Positions 25,801 to 37,800 of a stretch of DNA of 64,000 bases are shown here, piece after piece (the stretch's first letter is position 1; the number at the start of each line of letters is the position of its first letter). This DNA is from Macrostomum lignano. Its lineage: Eukaryota. The notes beneath the pieces were generated by a model. It did no database searches. It was not told the origin of the DNA and saw only the letters and a program-made list of their open reading frames with translations. Made by a program: the position numbers and the translations under genes. Location of the stretch: positions 135,595 through 199,594 of the forward strand of contig NIVC01002153.1 of the NCBI GenBank assembly GCA_002269645.1. Direction: 5' to 3'.

Positions 25801-28800
25801 TGACAGACTGAGACACAGGAATGACAGACTGAGACACAGTAATGACAGACTGAGACACAGTAATGACAGACTGAGACACAGGAATGACAGACTGAGACAC
25901 AGGAATGACAGACTGAGACACATGAATGACAGACTGAGACACATGAATGAGAGAATGAGATACATGAATGACAGACTGAGACACATGAATGACAGACTGA
26001 GACACATGATAGAGACTGAGACACATGAATGACAGACTGAGACACAGGAATGACAGACTGAGACACAGTAATGACAGACTGAGACACATGAATGAGAGAA
26101 TGAGACACAGTAATGACAGACTGAGACACAGGAATGACAGACTGAGACACAGTAATGACAGACTGAGACACAGGAATGACAGACTGAGACACAGTAATGA
26201 CAGACTGAGACACAGGAATGACAGACTGAGACACATGAATGAGAGAATGAGACACAGTAATGACAGACTGAGACACAGGAATGACAGACTGAGACACATG
26301 AATGACAGACTGAGACACATGAATGAGAGAATGAGATACATGAATGACAGACTGAGACACATGAATGACAGACTGAGACACATGAATGAGAGAATGAGAC
26401 ACAGGAATGACAGACTGAGACACATGAATGACAGACTGAGACACATGAATGAGAGAATGAGATACATGAATGACAGACTGAGACACATGAATGAGAGAAT
26501 GAGATACATGAATGACAGACTGAGACACATGAATGAGAGAATGAGACACAGGAATGACAGACTGAGACACATGAATGACAGACTGAGACACATGAATGAG
26601 AGAATGAGACACAGGAATGACAGACTGAGACACAGGAATGACAGACTGAGACACAGGAATGACAGACTGAGACACATGATAGAGACTGAGACACAGGAAT
26701 GACAGACTGAGACACATGAATGACAGACTGAGACACATGAATGAGAGAATGAGATACATGAATGACAGACTGAGACACATGAATGAGAGAATGAGATACA
26801 TGAATGACAGACTGAGACACATGAATGAGAGAATGAGATACATGAATGACAGACTGAGACACAGGAATGACAGACTGAGACACAGGAATGACAGACTGAG
26901 ACACATGAATGACAGACTGAGACACATGAATGACAGACTGAGACACATGAATGAGAGAATGAGATACATGAATGACAGACTGAGACACATGAATGAGAGA
27001 ATGAGATACATGAATGACAGACTGAGACACAGGAATGACAGACTGAGACACAGGAATGACAGACTGAGACACAGGAATGACAGACTGAGACACAGGAATG
27101 ACAGACTGAGACACATGATAGAGACTGAGACACAGGAATGACAGACTGAGACACATGATAGAGACTGAGACACAGGAATGCCAGACTGAGACACATGATA
27201 GAGACTGAGACACATGAATTGCAGACTGAGACACATGAATGACAGACTGAGACACATGAATTGCAGACTGAGACACAGGAATGACAGACTGAGACACATG
27301 AATGACAGACTGAGACACATGATAGAGACTGAGACACAGGAATGACAGACTGAGACACATGATAGAGACTGAGACACAGGAATGCCAGACTGAGACACAT
27401 GATAGAGACTGAGACACATGAATGGCAGACTGAGACACATGAATTATAGAATGATTACAAAAAATTATAAAACCTAAGTATGGGATTAAGAATAATATAT
27501 AGGTCAGTGAAAGTTAAGTAGGTCAAAGAAAAGCTGCGTAGGACAAAATGTGACAAATTTTCTAGATTCGCTCTGGCTGGTTACAAATTCTAAGACGATG
27601 ACAAGCTGTCAGTAAGCCAGTCAAGCATATGATATAAGCTCAGTAATTAGCCCTCAATAGGGTAATCTGATTATTAATTTTCTAAGATGAAACTCAGGAG
27701 AAAGTAGTTTTTTGAATATTGACGAGTCGCGAGACTTCATGACATTTCACTCTCCTTAAGCCTATTTAGTTTCTAGCCAACTTACCACCTAGAGCTAGCT
27801 TGAGAAAATTTCCATAACCAAGGCCTAACACCACTACACACCCTGGGGGTCCTTAGCCATAGGGCAATGGTGTGGCTAATTCTGGCTCGCGAAAACCCTT
27901 GGGTCCTTTAAAACTTCACAAAGGCGTGTTTGTGTCTCTTTCTCTACCTACTTCTCTTTATCTTACTCTCTTCTCTTCCCTCTTGTCTCCTCTCTCCTCT
28001 CAACTCTTCTGTCTTATCTCGTCTCTTATGTCCTTATCTCTCCTCTCTTATCTCCTCTCTTATCTCTCCTCTCTTATCTCCTCTCTTATCTCTCCTCTCT
28101 TATCCCTCCTCTCTTATCTCCTCTCTTATCTCTCCTCTCTTATCTCCTCTCTTATCTCTCCTCTCTTATCTCCTCTCTTATCTCTCCTCTCTTATCTCCT
28201 CTCTTATCTCTCCTCTCTTATCTCCTCTCTTATCTCTCCTCTCTTATCTCCTCTCTTATCTCTCCTCTCTTATCCCTCCTCTCTTATCTCCTCTCTTATC
28301 TCCTCTCTTATCTCTCCTCTCTTATCTCCTCTCTTATCTCTCCTCTCTTATCTCCTCTCTTATCTCTCCTCTCTTATCTCCTCTCTTATCTCTCCTCTCT
28401 TATCTCCTCTCTTATCTCTCCTCTCTTATCTCCTCTCTTATCTCTCCTCTCTTATCTCCTCTCTTATCTCTCCTCTCTTATCTCTCCTCTCTTATCTCTC
28501 CTTCCCCTCTTATACTCGTATCTCCTCTCCCCTCTTATCTCTCCTCTCCGATCTATCTCTCCTCTCCCCGATCTTATCTCTCATCTCCTTTTCTCCCTTT
28601 GCAGCTCTTTTACCCTTTCCTCTCTAATATCCAATCGCCCTTTTTATCTCTTATCTCCTCTCACCTCTTATCTCTCTCCTATTCTCCCTTCGCAGCTTTC
28701 CTTTACACTTTCCCCTCTATTATCCTCTCTCATCTCCCCTTTCCCTCTTATACTCGTATCTCCTCTCCCCTCTTATCTCTCCCCTCCAATCTATTTCTCT

Positions 28801-31800
28801 TATCCCCTCTTAACTCTTATCTTTTCTAATTACTTTTCTCCTTTCCTCCTTTTTCTCCTTTTTCTCCTTTTCCTTTTCTCCTTTTTCTCCTCTCCTTCTA
28901 CTGCAGCTTCTATGGACAGAATTGAAAACAATGGTCTGGCACCCTGCGGGGGACTGTCGCTTGAAAACAAAGACCTTAATAGAATGCACGAATTGCGTAA
29001 TATAGCTCGAAAGAGAAAGTGGTCAGTCAACGTGCACATATTGCCTAGGGGGAGGGGAGACTTAGCAAGGATAAGGAGACTTAGTTGGGACTTTACTATT
29101 ATTGATACTGCGCAGTATCCAGTAGCCTTAGCCAGAGAATGAAGGTGCAAATGATGCCTAACCAAATCATATGCCCATTCGTATAATATTAAACCATTTT
29201 TACCCGCAGGCCAACTGTGCGAAATAGAAAAAGTGCTAAATAAAAACAACACCTTCTAACTATGAGCAATGGCATTGAATCCAGTAACCCGTAAACTTTA
29301 TATGCGTTTGTGAAATGAAAAGGTGAATAATACTGAGTTGATTATTGCGGGTAGAGAGGTGTGCTAGCAGAATCTTTCCCTGCTCTGATTTATAAATTTC
29401 TGACAATTTTAGATGTAACTGAGATGACGGAAAAAAGAAGAAAAGAAAATGGATAATGATGGAGACTTGGAGAAAGAGAAATGTTGGAGAAATATTGGGA
29501 GAAAAATAGGATGGCGAAAAGGAGAAAAATAAAATGGAGACTGAGAGTATAAGAGGATGGAGATGGGGAGAAAAATTGGATGAAGACTAGAAGACGGAGA
29601 CTGGGAGACTGAGAATGGAGACTGGGAGACTGAGGATGGAGACTGGGAGACTGAGGATGGAGACTGGGAGACTGAGGATGGAGACTGGGAGACTGAGGAT
29701 GGAGACTGGGAGAAAGAGGATGGAGACTGGGAGACTGAGGATGGAGACTGGGAGACTGAGGATGGAGACTGGGAGACTGAGGATGGAGACTGGGAGAAAG
29801 AGGATGGAGACTGGGAGACTGAGGTTGGAGACTGGGAGACTGAGGATGGAGACTGGGAGAAAGAGGATGGAGACTGGGAGAAAGAGGATGGAGACTTGGA
29901 GAAAAAGAGGATGGAGACTGGGAGACTGAGGATGGAGACTGGGAGAAAGAGGATGGAGACTGGGAGAAAGAGGATGGAGACTGGGAGACTGAGAATGGAG
30001 ACTGGGATAAAGAGGATGGAGACTGGGAGACTGAGGATGGAGACTGGGAGAAAGAGGATGGAGACTTGGAGAAAGAGGATGGAGACTGGGAGAAAGAGGA
30101 TGGAGACTGGGAGACTGAGGATGGAGACTGGGAGACTGAGGATGGAGACTGGGAGAAAGAGGATGGAGACTGGGAGAAAGAGGATGGAGACCGGGAGAAA
30201 GAGGATGGAGACTGGGAGACTGAGGATGGAGACTGGGAGAAAGAGGATGGAGACTGGGAGAAAGAGGATGGAGACTGGGAGACTGAGGATGGAGACTGGG
30301 AGAAAGAGGATGGAGACTTGGAGAAAAAGAGGATGGAGACTGGGAGACTGAGGATGGAGACTGGGAGAAAGAGGATGGAGACTGGGAGAAAAAGAGGATG
30401 GAGACTGGGAGACTGAGGATGGAGACTGGGAGAAAGAGGATGGAGACTGGGAGACTGAGAATGGAGACTGGGAGAAAGAGGATGGAGACTGGGAGAAAGA
30501 GGATGGAGACTGGGAGAAAGAGGATGGAGACTGGGAGAAAGAGGATGGAGACCGGGAGAAAGAGGATGGAGACCGAGAGAAAGAGGATGGAGACTGGGAG
30601 ACTGAGGATGGAGACTGGGAGAAAGAGGATGGAGACTTGGAGAAAGAGGATGGAGACTGGGAGAATGAAAGGATGAAGACTGGGAGACTGAGGATGGAGA
30701 CTGGGAGAATGAAAGGATGAAGACTGGGAGACTGAGGATGGAGACTGGGAGACTGAGGATGGAGACTGGGAGAAAGAGGATGGAGACTGGGAGACTGAGG
30801 ATGGAGACTGGGAGAAAGAGGATGGAGACCGGGAGAAAGAGGATGGAGACTGGGAGAAAGAGGATGGAGACCGGGAGAAAGAGGATGGAGACTGGGAGAA
30901 AGAGGATGGAGACTGGGAGAAAAAGAGGATGGAGACTGGGAGACTGAAGATGGAGACTGGGAGAAAGAGGATGGAGACTGGGAGAATGAGAGGATGAAGA
31001 CTGGGAGACTGAGGATGGAGACTGGGAGAAAAAGAGGATGGAGACTGGGAGACTGAGGATGGAGACTGGGAGAAAGAGGATGGAGACTGGGAGAATGAGA
31101 GGATGGAGACTGGGAGAAAGAGGATGGAGACTTGGAGAATGAGAGGATGGAGACTGGGAGAAAGAGGATGGAGACTGGGAGAAAGAGGATGGAGACCGGG
31201 AGAAAGAGGATGGAGACTGGGAGAAAGAGGATGGAGACTGGGAGAAAGAGGATGGAGACCGGGAGAAAGAGGATGGAGACTGGGAGAAAGAGGATGGAGA
31301 CTGGGAGAAAGAGGATGGAGACCGGGAGAAAGAGGATGGAGACTGGGAGAAAGAGGATGGAGACTGGGAGAATGAGAGGATGGAGACTGGGAGAAAGAGG
31401 ATGGAGACTGGGAGAAAGAGGATGGAGACTGGGAGAAAGAGGATGGAGACTGGGAGAAAGAGGATGGAGACTGGGAGAAAGAGGATGGAGACCGGGAGAA
31501 AGAGGATGGAGACTGGGAGAAAGAGGATGGAGACTGGGAGAAAGAGGATGGAGACTGGGAGAAAGAGGATGGAGACTGGGAGAAAGAGGATGGAGACTGG
31601 GAGAAAGAGGATGGAGACCGGGAGAAAGAGGATGGAGACTGGGAGAATGAGAGGATGGAGACTGGGAGAAAGAGGATGGAGACTGGGAGAAAGAGGATGG
31701 AGACCGGGAGAAAGAGGATGGAGACTGGGAGAAAAAGGATGGAGACTGGGAGAAAGAGGATGGAGACTGGGAGAAAGAGGATGGAGACCGGGAGAAAGAG

Positions 31801-34800
31801 GATGGAGACTGGGAGAATGAGAGGATGGAGACTGGGAGAAAGAGGATGGAGACTGGGAGAAAGAGGATGGAGACCGGGAGAAAGAGGATGGAGACTGGGA
31901 GAAAAAGGATGGAGACTGGGAGAAAGAGGATGGAGACCGGGAGAAAGAGGATGGAGACCGGTAGAAAGAGGATGGAGACTGGGAGAAGCAGAGGGAGAAG
32001 ACTTGAAAAAGCAAGAAAATAAATACTGGAAAAGGAGGAAGACTGGGAGTCTGGTAGCCGCGAATAAAGAAGAATTGGGATATTGTAGAAATAGAGAAAG
32101 ATAGAGTAGGCACAGAGACAGATGGAGCAGAAAGAGGGATACATACAGTAGACAGAGTGGTAGATGTAGTAGGCAGAGAGATAGATTGAGTAGACAGAGG
32201 GATAGATGGAGTAGAAAGAGAGATATATTAAGTAGACAAAGAGATAGATGGAGTAGTCGGAGAAATAGATAGAATAGACAAAAGCACAGCACAAGGCAGG
32301 ACACACAAAAAACTGACACTATTTCAATATGATTTAATAATCAAACACTGAAGTACAAAACATTAGTTAGAAGATAAAAAATTCTTCAACATTTTCTTCA
32401 ACAAAGCTGAATACCATTTCAGAATATCACCGTGACATTGGTTTCCCCAATTGTGACTCCGTGCGAGGGGTCCACCAGACCCCATCCCAGCCAATAGGAA
32501 TCCAGCTAGGGGGCAATCTGTATACCGCACCCCTCCCAGCCAATAGGAATCCAGCTAGGAGCAATCTGTATACCGGACCCATCCCAGCCAATGACAGCCA
32601 GACTGTAAACTTTATATAATCGAGACAACTTTTTCCATCTCAGTCGATCAATCAATCAGCAGTAGAAGCAGTTCTACTAGAAGATCGAGGAAGCCAGCTA
32701 TACGGAGGTAAGTCTTACTTCTATCTTAAGACTATTATGGCGCTTTCTAGTCCAACGTGTCTCATTATTAGTGCCCGTTGTACTAAAGAGTGGTCCATAA
32801 CAAAGCTTATTAATCGACTGCTTTATTTTATTATTTTCATTACATATAAATAAGGCGCTTTATTAGAACTGCTTCAACTTTCTTTACATTGTACACGCAC
32901 TGATTTTATTAGGTGTGTACAAGGTAAGAGTTGGAATAGTCGCCTTGATTCGACGTTTTCAAGATTCTGAATAATCAGTATTAGTGATACAGTCAGTTTG
33001 GCTAACCATGGTTGCACAAACAAGAGATTTTAAAGCTTGGTGTACATGGGAAGCCTACTGTCTGGTCACTATGAGCAGCACAGTAAATCCTAATCCCTAT
33101 ACTAAGCGGACAATACTATCGCAGGGTCCTTCTCTGAGTACACGTGAAGGCAAAAGTCATGTGTACAGAGTAAGCGCCCTACGTTATTATCCGTTAAGCA
33201 CCTAGTAACCCCTCATCAAAGGCTGGATTAACATTGTGGCGCTTTATAGTCCAACGTGTCAGCTATCAGTGACCGTTTGACTACGAAGCGGTCACAATAT
33301 CATTCCTTAATCGACTGGATCAGCTTGTAATTATTGCAATAGAAATTATAACTCTGTGGCGCTTTATAGTCCAACGTGTCTGCTATATGATAAGTGACCG
33401 TTGTACTACAGAGTGGTCACAGAGTGGTTTCTAAACCAACTGCCCTACCCACCCAAGTTTAAATATGAGCCAAATATGGCGCTTTATAGTCCAACGTGTC
33501 TGCTATATGATAAAAGTGACCGTTGTACTATAGAGTGGGCTATATTGCCGGCTTGTTGATCAGCGATACTGGACCTTAACCCTTATTCATTATATTCAGT
33601 ACATTGCGCATCATCCATACCGCTTAACATCCAAACTGCTACATCATCTATACCAGTCATTATTTATGATCTATATCATCATCATCAATACCAGCAATCA
33701 TTTATACCAGTTATATACCAGTACTGCTAGTCATCATCCATACTGGTCATCATCCATACTGGTCATTATCCATACTGGTCATTATCCAAAGTACTGCTAG
33801 TCATCATCCATACTGCTCATCATCTATACTGCTCATTATCCAAAGTACTGCTAGTCATCATCCATACTGCTCATTATCCTAAGTACTGCTAGTCATCATC
33901 CATACTGGTCATCATCCATACTGCTCATTATCCAAAGTACTGCTAGTCATCATCCATACTGCTCATTATCCTAAGTACTGCTAGTCATCATCTATACTGC
34001 TCATCATCCATACTGCTCATTATCCTAAGTACTGCTAGTCATCATCCATACTGCTCATTATCCTAAGTACTGCTAGTCATCATCCATACTGGTCATCATC
34101 CATACTGCTCATTATCCAAAGTACTGCTAGTCATCATCCATACTGCTCATTATCCTAAGTACTGCTAGTCATCATCTATACTGCTCATCATCCATACTGC
34201 TCATTATCCTAAGTACTGCTAGTCATCATCTATACTGCTCATTATCCATACTGCTCATTATCCTAAGTACTGCTAGTCATTATCCATACTGCTCAGTATC
34301 CAAAGTACTGCTAGTCATCATCCATATTGCTCATTATCTTAAGAACTGCTAGTCATCCATACTGCTCATCATCCATACTGTTCATCATCCATACTGCTCA
34401 TTATCCTAAGTACTGCTAGTCATTATCCATACTGCTCAGTATCCAAAGTACTGCTAGTCATCATCCATATTGCTCATTATCCATACTGCTCATTATCTTA
34501 AGAACTGCTAGTCATCATCCATACTGCTCATTATCCATACTGCTCATTATCCTAAGTACTGCTAGTCATTATCCATACTGCTAGTCATCATCTATAATCA
34601 TACTGCTCATTATTTATACTGCTTAGATCCAACATAAGCCTCAGACTATCCAAAATTTACCGTAATCCTACTAATGATTTGCGAAGTAAAACGAACAGTC
34701 TCGCGTTGTTTGTGCGAAAATTTCAAATTCATCGAATAATATCGACGAAAATAATCGTGACACCGCTCTAGAAAACGTCAACAAAGTACGTTAACTTCTA

Positions 34801-37800
34801 ATGAAAGTAGTAAAAAAGCGTTAAAAATAACAAGGGAGGTTGCACGGGCTCAGATGCTTACAACAAGGGTGTGCCTAGCGCTGGCTATGTAGCTATTTAA
34901 GGTGGTCACTCGCTCCTCTTCTAAGAATTTCCTTCGCATGTTTTTGTACACAACAGTGCGCAAATAGAAATTGTTAGCTTCTGTAAGTGAAATTGAGATT
35001 TTCATGACTGTTTATTATAAATAATAGTATAAAACCACAGGGTCTCTCATTGACATAGATACACATTTTCTAGAAATTATTATGTACACATGCGACATTA
35101 TGGACTGCCATAACTATCATATGGATGGAAGTCTATGTTCCTACCACTGATACTAAACTACGAGTAACTAGATAAGACACCCAGGCATCGTAGTGATTTA
35201 GTAAAACAGCTTTCTACTTTCAGTAGCAAATAAGAATACATAAGCTATTTTATAAAAATAAAGGCAGCTGAAGTGACTTTGACAAGTTTGCAGCTTGCTA
35301 ATTGGATCAGCAATAATGTACTTTGGCCAGTCCACTTGAAATGTACATAGCAGCTGTAGGCTGGAATTCCGATAATAAAAATTAGGGCGGGGCGGGGTGG
35401 TAGTGGAAAGGCGCGGTTGGAGGGTAAGGGCAAATAAATGATGGCCTTTTAAAATTCATAAAAATGCGTCTAAGCTACTACTACTACTGAACTGAAAGTA
35501 GCTTACAAGCAAATCAGCCCATTTGTATTCTAGTTATTCTAGTATCTGTGGTTTCTACTGAGAGAGGGGCATCTTTCTTTGTGCGGATGTCTATGGTCGA
35601 ATTTTCAACTTGTCTATGGGCAAGAATGTCTGTCTATGTCATAGAACTTAGAGAATTGAAATAGGGAACAGCAGTCTATGGTCTAAAGCCAAAGCTATCT
35701 AACAAGCAGCATTATTTCATCTCACACTGAAAGTGGCCACGCGTGTATTCAATAACGAATGTAGCTTCCGTTCTCTGGCCAAAGCTGAATGAGATTGTTT
35801 CAATGATTTGAAGAAATTGTACTGAAAATATCGCTTAGATGAGTCTGTAATGTGTCAATTTTTCGTAACGTAATAAATAGCTATTTAATTTACAATTTAC
35901 TAGGAGTCAAAACGTTTCTTAGAAAACTTAGAATTAAGGCCTGAATAGAACACTGCAGGTTTTTTTTTACTTTTTTCGGATATTTTTTCGACACTACTTA
36001 TAGTAAAATGTTATAGCAAACTCCCATTCCCAAGAAAACTTTAAAAAGTGTAATTAGCAGTAAATTAAGAGTTGACTTGCGTACTGAATAAGTGTTGATA
36101 AGTTTATTGGATTTCAATCGATTAGCTTCCAACGAATAGGACTTCCTTAGCGTGTCTCTATAGTAAGTGCCGGTGTACTTTTGAATGGCGACTGTAAGCA
36201 AAAGTGCATAACAATGTATAAATATTTTGTTAAAGTACTTTAGGCGCCCACGATTATTAAAATACTGAAGAGGATGCTGCAGGTCTAAATAAATCCCTTA
36301 GATTAATCTCAACTCCCCATTGATAATAAAAGATAAAATTTTTAATTACAAATATTTTCTGCATATTTGAGCTGAGATTTTTGTTTAACTGCGTTGTACG
36401 AAATTTGCACTTCAAATTGTGATCAAAGTGATAGCGCATGTACTTCAGTGCCGGCTCTAAAAAGGTATATAAATTAAAAAAAATTGCACACTGTCTAATG
36501 ATCAAATGATTGAAATTTCTTGAACAAAGACTGTTGCAGAGATTAGTAATATTGAATGAATTTAATTACAAAAATTTGATGCATTTTCAAATCCCTATAG
36601 TAGACAGTCAGGTATTTGAAACCAGCTTCTAAAATAAAAATAAATTTTCATAAATCTATTTCATATCCTAGTGAACTGTGTAGTTATTATTCAATCAAAT
36701 TACAGTCTGCTCAAGGACGGAGCGTGGTGCTTTCATGAACGATTTCTACAAACAGCAACTTATACTTACCAACGACTGTCTCAGCTGCCTCATCACCGAG
36801 GCCCCAGCATCAATAGTCTTCTGCCGATATTTCAAATAAGTACTGTAGTAGTTTCTCAAATATTTCGATGCTAAGTCTATAAAGCATTGTTTTCATTATG
36901 TTAGAATCAATTATCTTAGAACACAGCTCAACACAACAGCTCAATTGCCAAAGATTTTAGCAGCAACAAGTAGAAACAATGATTAACTTACAAAAACAGA
37001 GTAGAATCGGTTTTTAGCCCTGCTTCGATTGTAATCCGATTTTAAGAAACCGTAATACCAACTATTCAGGTATTTGATACCTAGGCCTGATCGATTATTA
37101 ATAGACTGTGTACATTATATAAGAATAAGGATTTTTTAAAAAATGGGAAAAGCCATTTCAGGGCCAAATATTCTCTAGTTTATTGACCACAAGCAAGAAT
37201 TTCTCAAGTATTACGCTTGTAAAGTTTAATTAGTTAATTAATGCATAGTTGCGACAATAACGTGAGCAATTTTGACCATTCAATCCTGGTCATGTTTAAC
37301 AGTCCCAGCACAAACACTACACTATATAGTCTGAAACAAATAAAAAACTTTCTAACTTTCCCAAACTCTGTCTCAATGAGAGAGCCCTGCAACGTCCTTT
37401 CACAATTGAGGCGCAAAAACTTTAAATAATAATAATCGGAATTTTATGTTAAATATGCTACTGGTTTGCTTCATAAGTAGAATTAAACGAATATTGCAAC
37501 AATATTTAAAAAGGAGCAGAACTTACTGGTCCAAGCGGCAATGTTAGTGGGCTTGTAGCTGGTGATTTGCAAAGCTTTGTCAATTACTTTCTTGGCGGCC
37601 TCCATGTTAACGGGGGCGGAGTAGGGCAGGGAGAAGTCGAATACGTTTGAACCGGTTTCGTCTTTGAGCTGGCGGTAGGCTTTACGGAGTATGCCCTGGG
37701 ATTAGTAGGATATTGGAATGGTAGGATTGTTTGATTTTTAGATGCTTATTATGCTTTTGGACGAATACGAACGTACTTTACATCGAGGTGTGAAAGTTAC

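Larger units (their letters stand above)
32642..33599 (+). ncRNA. Predicted non-coding miRNA host transcript: 66-nt ATG-less exon 1 plus intron 32708-33599
   Basis: Donor GAG|GTAAGT at 32708; branch-like CCTTAAC at about 33574; acceptor TATATTCAG ending at 33599; all hairpins lie in this intron. Confidence 0.6.

Noticed and set aside
28912-29142. 76-aa ORF MDRIENNGL...
   Set aside because: No motif, splice context or homolog recognised.
21129-32319. Very long ORFs (400-965 aa) in the ORF track
   Set aside because: They are read-throughs of simple and tandem repeats, open in several frames at once with no domain content.
32347-32406. LLKKMLKNF as another alternative exon 3
   Set aside because: In-frame stop before any phase-0 donor.
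32984-33205. 73-aa ORF between hairpins
   Set aside because: No recognisable domain; it overlaps structured hairpins inside a predicted intron.
33389-33410. GTGACCGTT resemblance to miR-2001 as I recall its sequence
   Set aside because: It lies at the loop/3p junction rather than at a predicted mature 5' end, and the conserved arm here is the 5p arm.
32738-33543. Repeat-spacer-repeat layout as a CRISPR array, integron-like cassette array or self-cleaving ribozymes
   Set aside because: Eukaryotic context with no cas or integrase gene. No hammerhead CUGANGA/GAAA core and no convincing HDV or twister fold. The apparent GCCC/GGGC swap between the first and last copies is explained by tolerated variation in a simple hairpin.
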